A stretch of 64,000 bases of DNA from Albugo candida. Taxonomy: Eukaryota. Below the pieces are notes generated by a model, which saw only the letters and a program-made list of their open reading frames with translations, had not been told where the DNA came from and searched no databases. Location of the stretch: positions 248,001 to 312,000 of the forward strand of contig JBDOQK010000029.1 in assembly GCA_040437565.1 (NCBI GenBank), in the 5' to 3' direction. Of this stretch, positions 41,101 to 52,365 are shown in pieces; position 1 is the first letter of the stretch; each line of letters starts with the position of its first letter. The translations under genes and the position numbers were made by a program.

Positions 41101-41975
41101 GAAAGTTGATCGGCATTTGTGGATGTATTCTGGGGCACATGTGCCAGCATGACAATCGCATACAATGCAAGATAGCTGGAGCAAAAGACAGAGCATGGAA
41201 AAAATCGAATGGGAGCACAAAAGTAGAGATACATTACGACCATACATACCCAAGAAACCCCGTAGTCGCCCGTCAATTTGTTGTACAAAAGCGGGTACGA
41301 TGCGACCACAGTAGCACAAAGCCACGTGAGCCATCGATCTTGTCGATTTGGATACCTCGATACGCGAACATAAGTGCACGTGAGAACCGGCAGGACGACG
41401 ACGCCTTTGATCAGCAGCACACACACAAAATTAAACAGCCTGGATTTCTCACTCAACAACGACATTTTCTGAGCCGTAATCGATCCATTCGGTAGCAAAT
41501 CTTGCCACAAAACAACGTAATCGTAGGCGATCGTTACGATTATAAACGCCAGCACCGCAGTCAGCCCACGAAGGTACGCGACATTTTGTTTCATTTCAAA
41601 GTGTTTCTGAAATCTCTTCTCCATCGTAGTAATCACGCGAGACGTCCGCATGTCGATAAAGTATAGAGTAATGTAATGAATCGCGACATTTTCCATCGAC
41701 TGAAAAAAAACGGTGAAATCGGATGCCGAGGACACGCGATGAAGCGATACATTTGGGTTTTTAGCTCTGAAAGATTCAGTCGCTAGTAGAGAAGGACCCG
41801 GGCCCATTGGAGCCACTTTTGCTGTGTGCTTACCTCTCTCAATCTCTTGTTCTCGACCTCCAATCTGAGGAGATCCAGCATTCTGTTGTGCAGACTCAAA
41901 CGCCATTTTGTAAGGCGAGACATTAAATCGACTGAGCACCCAATTTTGGTCCGCATGCGCGCGGTTCTCTGGCAT
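38124..41975 (-). CDS. Multi-TM class III nucleotidyl cyclase with two catalytic domains (probably guanylyl)
   Basis: Two hydrophobic cassettes, each followed by a cyclase domain: KVETIGSVYM...LFGDTVNVASRME and LFTDMVNF...KVEIIGDAYF...LFGETVSIA. Confidence 0.93.
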   Translation of the reverse strand: MPENRAHADQNWVLSRFNVSPYKMAFESAQQNAGSPQIGGREQEIERGKHTAKVAPMGPGPSLLATESFRAKNPNVSLHRVSSASDFTVFFQSMENVAIHYITLYFIDMRTSRVITTMEKRFQKHFEMKQNVAYLRGLTAVLAFIIVTIAYDYVVLWQDLLPNGSITAQKMSLLSEKSRLFNFVCVLLIKGVVVLPVLTCTYVRVSRYPNRQDRWLTWLCATVVASYPLLYNKLTGDYGVSWVCMVVMYLYFCAPIRFFPCSVFCSSYLALYAIVMLAHVPQNTSTNADQLSANWVKVSNDTMYAALFFFIIILPSQQREFAIRVSYMSELMVLLQQEQLRVEETRSKSLLNSMLPESIVAQLQFGRELIADAYLKTSVLFCEVCEFDYISSKLKPQHVVELLNIVFSKFDSLVDVHQVHKVETIGSVYMVVGGCPDPDPDHAHKIADLAIHMLRCLPELRSQLVKNSWGNLVEDLQIRIGINSGALMAGVVGIRNPRFKLFGDTVNVASRMETTNLPGQIQISEATHRLFSNEYKVLLRGKVSIKGRGEMSTFFLIGKATEMIPNAITESSIASGLPIALPHPVITKETRSSRSRRKSLVDPLHTTLRESKEEFVSKDSELSLPTSTLIESARQKLQDSNERVLFRRTEQMAMRKKILSNSTFRKVQDIVALGGSHGSTSEVISSTQAAVARQAASLMEVVASTIAATPFEENREAEALIRTNSTRSLTTPTPVVRRLSRGSEEALNTPITNMEPVVERRGTVKRFKDATSVAPQPENTNVDLNTLMKADIFNLVQDTQSYLIGEEKGNALSISSEIMRLPKGLTRREVFFRIHSSSAHRVPAVKSKKRQKELTQEAFEFEESYHFENRARWLRFLRISILIFILCKPLITFSQVLRLYKNRLFIHAQLVSAINLCVLYPFCVAFLLFTFSTSFREWEQLSIMILLIVVVVMMNGESVLTHSHGYAYLSIIALYQCYFANLSFLLRVCTGCFTVVLYLFTLLVMVPNDHFLNSVSAPSSPYGVGRNALYIFIFFAAQAWAVFNSEFKQRINYYREMTLNAQKQKLIEEKARTKKLLSNLLPETIVEKLKEDPEATIADFFDQTTVLFTDMVNFTAYSSKVTAMELVQFLNDMYTRFDTIAEKENLYKVEIIGDAYFVVGGCPVVSTNNALAVVTAATDMFATLPILRRNCGNPDLDIRIGIHSGPVLAGVVGIKDPRYHLFGETVSIAHQLESSGMPGRIHISESTWAQMNKETPWHGYKVEYHTLFSMPGYTKKVRTYFVL

Positions 41976-42056
41976 GAAAAGATGAACAGAATGGACTTTT
42001 CAGGCAACAGGTGCACTACTAAAAATATCGAAAGCCCTCTGCGCCATACATCACGT

Positions 42057-43784
42057 ATGGTGCGCCATTGTGTCGGTGTGCCGAAAGCGGCTTATAAATC
42101 ATGGACGCCGCGTGCTGAGACCGCATTCACGTTGTTGATACTCGTACGTGGTGCTTCTGCGCTGATAAATATCATCACAGACTGCGATGAGACATTTAAT
42201 TACTGGGAACCAATGCATTTTCTTTTGTATCGTTTTGGCTTCCAAACATGGGAATACAGTCCCGTGTATGCGCTACGATCGTACATGTACGTGCTCGCAC
42301 ATGCGTCTTTACTTGATGCGAGCTACGGAGTGTGGAGAATGGCTGCGTATGTGCACAAAATGCTGGGAATATCGATATTCTCGAGCTCGAAAGTCATTCA
42401 GTTTTACACGATGCGTGCGCTGTTGGCGATTGTGTGCGCGCGAGCGGAAGCTGCGCTGTATCGAAGCAGTATTGCGATCATTGGACCACAAGCGGCGCAG
42501 ATTTTACTGATACTATTATTTTGTAATGCCGGAATGTTTCAGGCCAGTACGGCCTTCCTTCCGAGCTCCTTTGTGATGTATTGTGTCATGGTATGGATGC
42601 ATTTTTGGATTCGAAATGAGCACACCAAAGCGCTTGCTTGTGCGATCATCGCCGTTCTTTGTGGATGGCCGTATGTGGGTGTTCTATTTCTTATGTTTGC
42701 ATTCGATATGGTGCGATTTCGGGGATTTTGGTACAGCATTTTCGCAGGAGGAGTGATTGGCATTAATGTGACGGTCGCGGAAGTCGCGGTGAATTATGTC
42801 TACTATCACAAGCTTGTATTTCCCGCTTGGAATCTCTTCCAGTATAACGTGCTAAGCAAACAAGTCGACTCGACTTTGTATGGAGTCGAACCCTGGACAT
42901 TCTACGCCCAAAACCTCGTGCTGAATTTCAATATCATGGTCGTTTTTGCAGTATTTGCTGTCTTACCACTTGGATTAGTAGCATGGAAGTCAGACTTTCA
43001 GAGATTCAAAACCGAATGCAACCGGATTTTGCTGCCGATGTACATCTGGCTCGGGATCATGTTTGCACAGCCTCATAAAGAAGAACGCTTTTTGTATCCA
43101 ATCTACCCGCTAATTTGTATGGCTGCAGCTATGAGTCTAAATGCATGTGGTCGCTTACTCGACTTTCGGCTATGGTCATCAAACGTTAGATTTGGTAGAG
43201 TCGTCGTATTGGGAAGTCTCATGATGTACTCCACCTTATCGCTTTCGCGAATTGCCAGCAATTATATCAATTATAATGCGCCTCTGCGAGTGTATCAGCA
43301 TCTCCACGACTTCATTTTGCCGAATGAAATGACACAGGCACTTTACGAAAGTCCTACCGCACCTCTGATTTTATGCTTGTCGAAGGAATGGTACCGATTT
43401 CCTACAAGCTTTTTCCTTCCTACCAACGCGACCCGAGTCGAGTTCCTACCGTCCGCGTTTCATGGCCAACTGCCCAAACATTTCGAGGAGCACGTCAACG
43501 GCACATCGGTCATTCCGTCTCATATGAATAATCGGAATCAGGAGGAAACGAGTCGCTATGTCTCGGAAGACCAGTGTGATTTTATCGTCGATTTGATTTC
43601 AGCAAACGAACGGAAGAGTTTTGAAAAACGAGATACCTGGCAAGTGATTTATGAGCTTCCATTTTTGGATTCGGAAGCTTCCTTGTCTCCGTATCGTTCC
43701 TTCTACATCCCATTCGTCTCGCCAAAGTATACAAAATTCTCATCGTATGCTTTGTTAAAGCGCCTAAAGAAACCTGGAAAGTAG
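42057..43784 (+). CDS. ALG9: Alpha-1,2-mannosyltransferase (GT22)
   Basis: DCDETFNYWEP, QTWEYSPVYALRSY, AFLPSSF, QPHKEERFLYPIYP and KEWYRFPTSFFLP. Start codon uncertain. Confidence 0.95.
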   Translation: MVRHCVGVPKAAYKSWTPRAETAFTLLILVRGASALINIITDCDETFNYWEPMHFLLYRFGFQTWEYSPVYALRSYMYVLAHASLLDASYGVWRMAAYVHKMLGISIFSSSKVIQFYTMRALLAIVCARAEAALYRSSIAIIGPQAAQILLILLFCNAGMFQASTAFLPSSFVMYCVMVWMHFWIRNEHTKALACAIIAVLCGWPYVGVLFLMFAFDMVRFRGFWYSIFAGGVIGINVTVAEVAVNYVYYHKLVFPAWNLFQYNVLSKQVDSTLYGVEPWTFYAQNLVLNFNIMVVFAVFAVLPLGLVAWKSDFQRFKTECNRILLPMYIWLGIMFAQPHKEERFLYPIYPLICMAAAMSLNACGRLLDFRLWSSNVRFGRVVVLGSLMMYSTLSLSRIASNYINYNAPLRVYQHLHDFILPNEMTQALYESPTAPLILCLSKEWYRFPTSFFLPTNATRVEFLPSAFHGQLPKHFEEHVNGTSVIPSHMNNRNQEETSRYVSEDQCDFIVDLISANERKSFEKRDTWQVIYELPFLDSEASLSPYRSFYIPFVSPKYTKFSSYALLKRLKKPGK

Positions 43785-44735
43785 AACCTCTCAAATCATT
43801 CTCCGGGTGACGACTTGATCCGCTGTCTAGTATCCAGTATCCTTGCTATGAAATAAGACGATGAAGTTTGCTGATTTTTTCGGTGTGGCTATAAATCTGC
43901 TATCAACTTGATCTCTGTCCTGCGAACCGTCCAGCTGAGTTCCCAGGCACTGTCTGGGCATGCTGATCATATCGAAGATGAAAGTCATTCTTTGCGATGG
44001 AGACTCAGCGTGCTACATTGGCTGGCATTTTTCTGCCTGATGCCAATTTGTGAAATTCAGAAAGATGATTTACGGGCATATTGAAGCCTGATGAGAATGT
44101 ATACACACAACCCATGAATGCAACTCTCCGACAGGGTAAGCTTCGTGACCTTGCTATTATTACCAATTTTCAGGAAGTACATCTGCAACTGATTTGATGG
44201 GATTCAGATTGCTGGAGTAATAGCATCAGTCACCTTCCTAATAGGAGTAGGTAAAAAGTAGATCAAGCACATTTTTGTGATCCATCAATTGAACTGAGTT
44301 GGCACTAGCTATCATTTTAAAACTGAACGGTAAAAGTCGAAAAGTGTTGTGACACTTTTCCGATTTTTGCCAAAACAAAAAAGCTTGCGGTAGAAAATAT
44401 GGACTTGTTGTGCTCTGCTTTGTGTCATAATTGCTTTACGGTCTGTAAATTCTTTCGAAAGTGTATTTGTAATTGTTGAAGTATGCGCAATTTGCGTTTT
44501 TTTTAAACGTGCAGGTGTGTGGGAAATCCGGAGAAGAATATTGATGCGTAGTTAGGAGGAGAGGGAGTTCCTAAACGGCTGTATATGTGTTTAAAGAAAA
44601 ATTTATTATTCTATTCAAGAATTAGCTAGCAAAAATGCAAGAAGAAAATTCAAATTATGGAAACAATTTATAGGTGACAATTGGCCGCTGATGGATTGAC
44701 AGAGTTTTGTTATGGGTAAAAGATTTCTCTGTTAA

Positions 44736-45664
44736 TCATTGCACTGGAATTTGTTTATAGTCAGGTTGGACTTCTCGACAAGGCGAAGGCTGGACTACAG
44801 GATGTGTTTCCGAAAATGAATTCACTGGTATCTGTGCATAGTCAGGTTGGACTTCTGGACAAGGTGAAGGCTGGACTACAGGTTGTGTTTCCGGGAATGA
44901 TTTCACTGGTATCTGTGCATAGTCAGGTTGGACTTCTGGACAAGGTGAANNNNNNNNNNNNNNNNNNNNNNNNNNNNNNNNNNNNNNNNNNNNNNNNNNN
45001 NNNNNNNNNNNNNNNNNNNNNNNNNNNNNNNNNNNNNNNNNNNNNNNNNATAGTCAGGTTGGACTTCTGGACAAGGTGAAGACTGGACTACAGGTTGTGT
45101 TTCCGGGAATGGTTTCACTGGTATCTGTGCATAGTCAGGTTGGACTTCTGGACAAGGTGAAGACTGGACTACAGGTTGTGTTTCCGGGAATGATTTCACT
45201 GGTATCTGTGCATAGTCAGGTTGGACTTCTGGACAAGGTGAATGCTGGACTACAGGTTGTGTTTCCGGGAACGGTTTCACTGGTATTTGTTGATAGTCAG
45301 GTTGGTCTTCTGGACAAGGATTTGGAGGATTTTGCTGATAGTCGGGCTGGGTTCCCGATGGAGGACTAACAGTAAATGGCTGATAGTCATGCTGGGTCTC
45401 CGGAAATGGTTTCAATGGTACTTGTTCATAGCCAGGATTGATTTCGGGAAAAGGTGCGATATCTTCTTTAGGATTGTCTGAGTGAGGTAACGACCAGTCC
45501 TTCTCCTTGTATTCCTTATCAACCTGAGAAAACCGCTTGTGCATCGCCCGAAGGGTTCGACGTGGCACGCTAGTTGACGTTTCTGTATCCGTGAATGTTA
45601 CTGAGGCGTCAATTTGAGAACTGAGAAGAAGCATTCCCATGCAAAGACGTTGTGATTTTTTCAT
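44736..45664 (-). CDS. Secreted RxLR-like Pro/Gln-rich repeat protein, family member 1 (27-aa repeats; gap inside array)
   Basis: MKKSQRLCMGMLLLSSQIDA, RTLR at aa 36-39, KDWSLP, then repeats QPDYAQIPVKPFPETQPVVQSSPCPEV. After the gap the repeat frame ends ...YKQIPVQ* at 44736. Confidence 0.8.
44757..45320. repeat. 81-bp coding tandem repeat
   Basis: atagtcaggttggacttc recurs at 44757, 44838 and 44919, and at 45050, 45131 and 45212. Confidence 0.95.
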
Positions 45665-48596
45665 CGTATCTGAAGATCCTTTGCAAAGTAAATTGGAGCT
45701 GTGCTAGTAGTTGAGCCGAGAACGAAAGCTGGAAAGTGAGTTGTTGAAAAGTTTAGCACGTGAAAATGCGGATCAGATGCACTCATCCTCAAGCATGGTT
45801 AAGTATCAGCTTTCCTGCTCCATGCCTCGCCTCCATACAGGTGCTTTCATGTACTATATTGGTATAATGTTGCGGGATAGGTGCCATCTATTTTTGTACA
45901 CCGTTTTGCGGTCAGGAAGTGCATCACATACAAAAATAGAGAATCAGCTCTGGAACTATCATGCTGTTGAACATTTTTCCGTCGTCGCGGATAATTGGCA
46001 TCACATCAACTGGATATATTTACAACGCAGCGTTTGAGAGTATTTCATGCTTTGAAGCAGCTAATTAGGCTTTGAGAAAGTANNNNNNNNNNNNNNNNNN
46101 NNNNNNNNNNNNNNNNNNNNNNNNNNNNNNNNNNNNNNNNNNNNNNNNNNNNNNNNNNNNNNNNNNNNNNNNNNNNNNNNNNAAAGTGAGTTGTTGAAAA
46201 GTTTAGCACGTGAAAATGCGGATCAGATGCACTCATCCTCAAGCATGGTTAAGTATCAGCTTTCCTGCTCCATGCCTCGCCTCCATACAGGTGCTTTCAT
46301 GTACTATATTGGTATAATGTTGCGGGATAGGTGCCATCTATTTTTGTACACCGTTTTGCGGTCAGGAAGTGCATCACATACAAAAATAGAGAATCAGCTC
46401 TGGAACTATCATGCTGTTGAACATTTTTCCGTCGTCGCGGATAATTGGCATCACATCAACTGGATATATTTACAACGCAGCGTTTGAGAGTATTTCATGC
46501 TTTGAAGCAGCTAATTAGGCTTTGAGAAAGTATTGATTTAACATTGACTTTTCACTTTACTGCGACCCCATTACAGCATGGTCAATCATTCAAAGGAGCA
46601 AATACAAGCGCACTCGTCTTTTCGTCAAAAATTCACAGGAAGTCGAAAGAGTCGAAATCCCGATATACCGGACGAATAAGCAATTATCATAAATTGATAC
46701 GATTATATCTCAAATAGTCTATCTGCTCTACCTTGCAGATCAGCCAGGGATTGCTTTGATTAGTTCTTACAATTCCGGTTTGATCTTGGAGCAATGCACA
46801 AGAAATCATAGAATGTGTTCTCTTATCTCGCATCACTTCTTCCATACTTGCATGGCGTGCACTAGCGAATGAAGGGGCAGTGGTAGAGACATAGCACGTC
46901 AAAATTGTGAGCATTGTTCTTGAGAGATTTAGAAACTTTCTTAGCCTTTAAGATTACTTACTTATAATTCAAGTGGGATAATGTACAATCCGAACGTTTC
47001 TGACTAGTTCTGATCTAGTTATTAGTCACCGTACTTTGCTACAGGAGCTATGCATGGCTCTGAATCGTTGCAAGATAATTGGCTTCTTATTATGCTTGAT
47101 TTTTGTAGTCGAGTATGGGGGTATTTGCGCATTTTTGTGATAGAATCGGTCTCGTGATCACTCTAATCCTCACAGCACCATAGTAGATTGACGGAGCTAG
47201 GTCATGATCAGGATCACTAGCATTGAGAGGTGGGGTCACTTATGGTTTTCAAGACGTACCTGCTCGAGATCAAAATTCTCCGCCCCCCGAGTCCGTGTGA
47301 GCTTTCGGGGATTAGGCAGTACCGGAGTAGGCGACGCATTAGCTAGGTGACGTCACGAAAGTTATTTTTGATATTCTGAAAAAGTGTTCTCGTTTTGCCC
47401 GTCATAGTGCTTCTCATCAAGCCAATTTTCTTTTCTTCAGTGTGAGCATGTGTGACGGGTATTTCTGTTCAAGTTTACTGAGTTAAATTCTCATTCATTG
47501 CTGGAAGGGCTCGGTAAGGTAGAGTTTTTGGAGTCTATCCATTCGTCAATCACATGAAGGATCCTTCCCAGCAAAGCCGTCCTAGTTTTTATGGTATCAG
47601 GTGAAACCTTATAAAATGAAATTCAGTCGTGGTCAAAATCGTGTCCAGGATAAATAGTTGGTGAGGTTGAACGAATATGAATCAGGCATAGTTCGTACTT
47701 GTTCTCGAGTTTATACCAAATTCTAACCACAGCGCGAGTCCTTCATATCCTCGTAATTGCTGGCCAATTCGTTGCAATCATGCGCTATCTAGGTACCCAT
47801 TCGGAGAAAAAAGTGTTATTATGGATGAGAAGTCATTAATAGATGCATCCACCCATCATCATATTTCCAATAGACCAAACGTCTGCAATTGTATCGAGAA
47901 TCCTTACTTCGATCGTGACCAGCTGACACGGCTGAACATTTAATATAATTATCTGGTAGGGGGATCAAGGTATTGCATAACTAGCCCTAGAAGCGTTATT
48001 CTCCCCATCAGCATTATGCTTGCGAATGTGACCCGTCATCAAATTAATTTTGGCGGACACCCTCTGGAGGATGTATAACGGTAAGTTTGCGATAGTTTTG
48101 TGATGAGTAAACTTTGTGCGGGAATGGGTTCCCAGTTTTCACCAACTGAGGAGAACAGGAATGAATTCGATTTATTTTTAACTCATGGTCAACTATGTTT
48201 ATCACACGAAGTGCATAGAGTTCCCCACAGGTATAGAACATTGAGGTTTATGCGACAGCGATCTTTGCCTTTTCAGTTTCTCACCCCCAATTTGTGAAGT
48301 TTTTATATTGCGTTAAATAGTGCCGAGAATGTCGGAAAAGATACCGGAATAAAAACTATAAAACGGCGAAAGAAGTAGTTTTGCCAATCAATAGTACGTG
48401 GATCCTGGTTCGGCACGCACCAGTAGCGACGATGACTGGTTGTGATGGAAAGCATGAGAAATACTCGACTTCTTGGACTACGATATTGAAATGCAGATGA
48501 GAATTCTGACAGCGTGATGATTTTACCTGAATCTGTTCTAGTTTACTGGTTTCTTAACAGTGTGGCTCGGAACTTCGCAAGAATTAGAACCATCGT

Positions 48597-49225
48597 TCAG
48601 AGTGGGTAACTGGTGGGGTTGTTATCCCAGTTTAGGGTTGTCTCATGGAGATGACAATTCATCTGGTTTTGTGGCATGAGAAGGAGGAAGCGGAATCTGT
48701 TCAACGTTTTCAATGGAGTCCCATGCTTGGCTTCTGTATCTAGAACTGATAGTTTTTTAGGATTGAACGAAGTCGGCTCGTTATGGGGATTTTTCTCTGT
48801 GAACGATGGTGGGTTTGACGGAGTTTGCAATGAGAAGGATCAGTAGATGAGGGAGGTAAGGGACATGTTGCTGTTTAAAGGTAGCACCTTGTGATCATAC
48901 TCGGTCTCTGGGCTTGGTTGTGAGTTCATTCCGGATCTGCCAGAGTCGGCCCGTTTTAGGCCTTAGTTCCGGGTACGATGGTAGATCTGACGAATGTTAA
49001 CAATATTCAGGAGTAGTGCCTAATGGAGGTGTCGGGACTTGTTTGGGAGAATTTTTGCCGTGTTGCCCTCAGTCGTGTTTGTTTTTGGAGATTTTTTTTT
49101 CCGGATTGTCGGACCTTGACGGCGACCATTTCTATTCGAGTGGTGTACTCTCATACATTCCCCGCACAGAGCGAGTTGGTACTGTAGTTGGCGTCTATTC
49201 GCCGGTAAAATTTATAGCATCCCCT
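48597..49225 (-). pseudogene. Pseudogene of the secreted Pro-rich family (member 2; signal peptide missing)
   Basis: TPTTVPTRSVRGMYESTPLE*KWSPSRSDNP...KHD*GQHGK...VPTPP aligns with member 5. Its 3' end matches 58380-58450. Contains stops and frameshifts. Confidence 0.75.
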
Positions 49226-49231
49226 GGAAGA

Positions 49232-49990
49232 GAGTGGATTACAGGTTAGGAGTTAGAATCGCTGTAAAGATCATCCTTTGACCATAACAAACGTTTGACA
49301 TTGAATTACAAGTTTGTACTCAATCATCGCTGAATAATCCGGATTTGATGTACTTCCTTCCGTTTTACTNNNNNNNNNNNNNNNNNNNNNNNNNNNNNNN
49401 NNNNNNNNNNNNNNNNNNNNNNNNNNNNNNNNNNNNNNNNNNNNNNNNNNNNNNNNNNNNNNNNNNNNNGAGTGGATTACAGGTTAGGAGTTAGAATCGC
49501 TGTAAAGATCATCCTTTGACCATAACAAACGTTTGACATTGAATTACAAGTTTGTACTCAATCATCGCTGAATAATCCGGATTTGATGTACTTCCTTCCG
49601 TTTTACTGGTAATGCATAATGCATCTGGTAACTTTGGTTTTGAGGAATGCCACGTTCCAACTACTTGTGTAGTGGAGCTCTCCTTGGATTCTCTAGACGA
49701 TTGAGAACAGATAAAAAGCATTTCCGAGAATGTACACGTGACTACATTGAACAGTTCGAAGTGTCTAAATTCGAAGTTGAATTCGTTTGTCATATCTAGA
49801 ACTAATGAAATATACTTCAACAAGTATTGCGATACGCACGAATGGAGTCCAGATAGTGGATCTTGTGATCAAATGTCGTGCCGACATGAGTTGTGTGAAC
49901 ATAGAATTCGCATCTTTATCGATTGATATTTGTGCAGCAACACTAGTTGACTGCCGATTACCCGACTCACTCATAACACAACACTGTCAT
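49232..49990. repeat. Intergenic spacer repeat of the tandem gene array (related copies ~50700-50863, 51190-51620, 52057-52365, 56200-56540)
   Basis: Shared diverged blocks such as gattacaggttaggagtt...atcatcctttgaccat...gatgtacttccttccgttttactgg. Confidence 0.85.
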
Positions 49991-50136
49991 CTAACTTTAC
50001 ACACTAATCATACTGCCTCGATCCGAAACGATGTTGNNNNNNNNNNNNNNNNNNNNNNNNNNNNNNNNNNNNNNNNNNNNNNNNNNNNNNNNNNNNNNNN
50101 NNNNNNNNNNNNNNNNNNNNNNNNNNNNNNNNNNNN

Positions 50137-50455
50137 GATAGGGTGGCAAAACGTTATTAGGGTCGTTGTCAAGAAAGTTCGGTACGCCCGGTGGTGAGAT
50201 TTCTCCAGGATTTGACGCAGTCGGCGCTCCGTTAGGTTTTGTAGCTGGAGTTGATTGTCCATTACTGTACTTCTCGAACGAAGGGATCGTCGGCGACCAT
50301 CCCTTTGCAATTTCCTGAGGTAAAGTCTCCTCCTCTGCACGAAGAGCTTGGTTTGTAGTAGAAGTTGGCGTCTGTCCATCGGTAACATTTGTGGCACTGC
50401 CAATATGAACATTCAATAAAAGCATTCCCACGCAAAGACATGTTGCGTTTTTCAT
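50137..50455 (-). CDS. Secreted Pro-rich family member 3 (3' part lost in gap)
   Basis: MKNATCLCVGMLLLNVHIGSATNVTDGQTP...QALRAEEETLPQEIAKGWSP..., colinear with members 1 and 5. Confidence 0.7.
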
Positions 50456-50512
50456 GGTGTCAAGTGAGGGTATACAAAGGATACTGTAGTTGTGCAAGTA
50501 ACTGTGTTGAGA

Positions 50513-50532
50513 AAGAAATCTCGGGAATGAGT
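50513..50532 (-). promoter_or_regulatory. Candidate oomycete INR/FPR-like core promoter of family member 3
   Basis: Minus strand reads ACTCATTCCCGAGATTTCTT about 60-75 nt upstream of the ATG. Related sequence lies at the same spacing upstream of members 1, 4 and 5. Confidence 0.45.
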
Positions 50533-51621
50533 AGATGCATCGATCAATTTCGTGAGATTACACATCAATACTTCTTTCTCTGAGGCTTGAGCCATACATT
50601 CGTAGCACACTCCATCCCTTACTGCTAGTAAGCTTCTCGTTTACAATATTAGAGCGTGTTTGTTGCCATTTTATACTATCAATGGACGCATTGCGTGGAA
50701 GAGAGTGCGATTACAGGTTAGGAGTTAAGATCGTTGTAAAGATCATCCTTTGACCATAAGAAACGTTTTCAATTGAATTACAAGTTTGTACTCAATGATC
50801 GCTGAATAATCCGGATTTGATGTACTTCCTTCCGTTTTACTGGTAATGCATAATGCATCTGGTNNNNNNNNNNNNNNNNNNNNNNNNNNNNNNNNNNNNN
50901 NNNNNNNNNNNNNNNNNNNNNNNNNNNNNNNNNNNNNNNNNNNNNNNNNNNNNNNNNNNNNNNTACAAAGGATACTGTAGTTGTGCAAGTAACTGTGTTG
51001 AGAAAGAAATCTCGGGAATGAGTAGATGCATCGATCAATTTCGTGAGATTACACATCAATACTTCTTTCTCTGAGGCTTGAGCCATACATTCGTAGCACA
51101 CTCCATCCCTTACTGCTAGTAAGCTTCTCGTTTACAATATTAGAGCGTGTTTGTTGCCATTTTATACTATCAATGGACGCATTGCGTGGAAGAGAGTGCG
51201 ATTACAGGTTAGGAGTTAAGATCGTTGTAAAGATCATCCTTTGACCATAAGAAACGTTTTCAATTGAATTACAAGTTTGTACTCAATGATCGCTGAATAA
51301 TCCGGATTTGATGTACTTCCTTCCGTTTTACTGGTAATGCATAATGCATCTGGTAACTTTGGTTTTGAGGAATGCCACGTGCAAACTACTTGTGTAGTTG
51401 AGCTCACCTTGGATTCTCTAGACGATTGAAAAGCAGAACAAAAAGCATTTCCGAGAGTGTACACGTGACTATATAATCAGTTCGAAGTGCCTAAGTTCGA
51501 AGTAGAATTCGTTTTCATATCTAGAACTAATGAAATATACTTATACAAGTATTGTGATACGCACGAATCGAGTTTAGATAGTGGATCTTGTCATCAGGTA
51601 CGTACCTACACGAGCTGTATG

Positions 51622-51956
51622 TGTTGTTTCGTCTCGCGTCCGAAAAGGTAGACATAAAAGTATGATTCATATTAAACGGCGTTTCACTGTCTGCTAATAA
51701 TCGTACGTTACTTACTACCTTATTGCACACGCAGCCAACAGTCGCGTCGTTTCAACACTCCTTCCCGGGATGTGTTCACAACAGACCCACTAGCTCGCGT
51801 AGTTCGCGTAACCTCGGAGCTGCCAATGTCTTGCTTGGGGAGCACATCAGCCCGCATCATTTTAGACTCGCGATACACCACGTTAATCAAACCCTTCTTG
51901 CTGCAATCCTTTACGAACTTGTGCTTTACTGCGATGTGCTTCGGTCTTCTCTAGCT
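51622..51956 (-). mobile_element. Copia 3' LTR (51622-51757) + PPT + RNase H end, variant copy
   Basis: 136-bp TGTTG...CAACA next to CTCCTTCCC (PPT GGGAAGGAG on minus). Differs from the 52366 copy by several SNPs. Confidence 0.85.
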
Positions 51957-52365
51957 NNNNNNNNNNNNNNNNNNNNNNNNNNNNNNNNNNNNNNNNNNNN
52001 NNNNNNNNNNNNNNNNNNNNNNNNNNNNNNNNNNNNNNNNNNNNNNNNNNNNNNNNGTACTTCCTTCCGTTTTACTAGTAATGCATAATGCATCTGGTAA
52101 CTTTCGTTTTGAGGAATGCCACGTTCAAACTACTTGTGTAGTTGAGCTCTCCTTGGATTCTCTAGACGATTGAAAAGCAGATAAAAAGCTGTTCCGAGAA
52201 TGTACACGTGACTATTTTATCAGTTCGAAGTGCCTAAGTTCGAAGTAGAATTCGTTTGTCATATCGAGAACTAATGAAATATACTTATACAAGTATTGTG
52301 ATACGCACGAATCGAATCCAGATAGTGGATCCTGTCATCAGGTACGTACCTACACGAGCTGTATG

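Noticed and set aside
44757-45320. Regular repeats resembling a CRISPR array
   Set aside because: The units repeat in full with no unique spacers, the period is a multiple of 3 within an ORF, there are no cas genes, and the context is eukaryotic.
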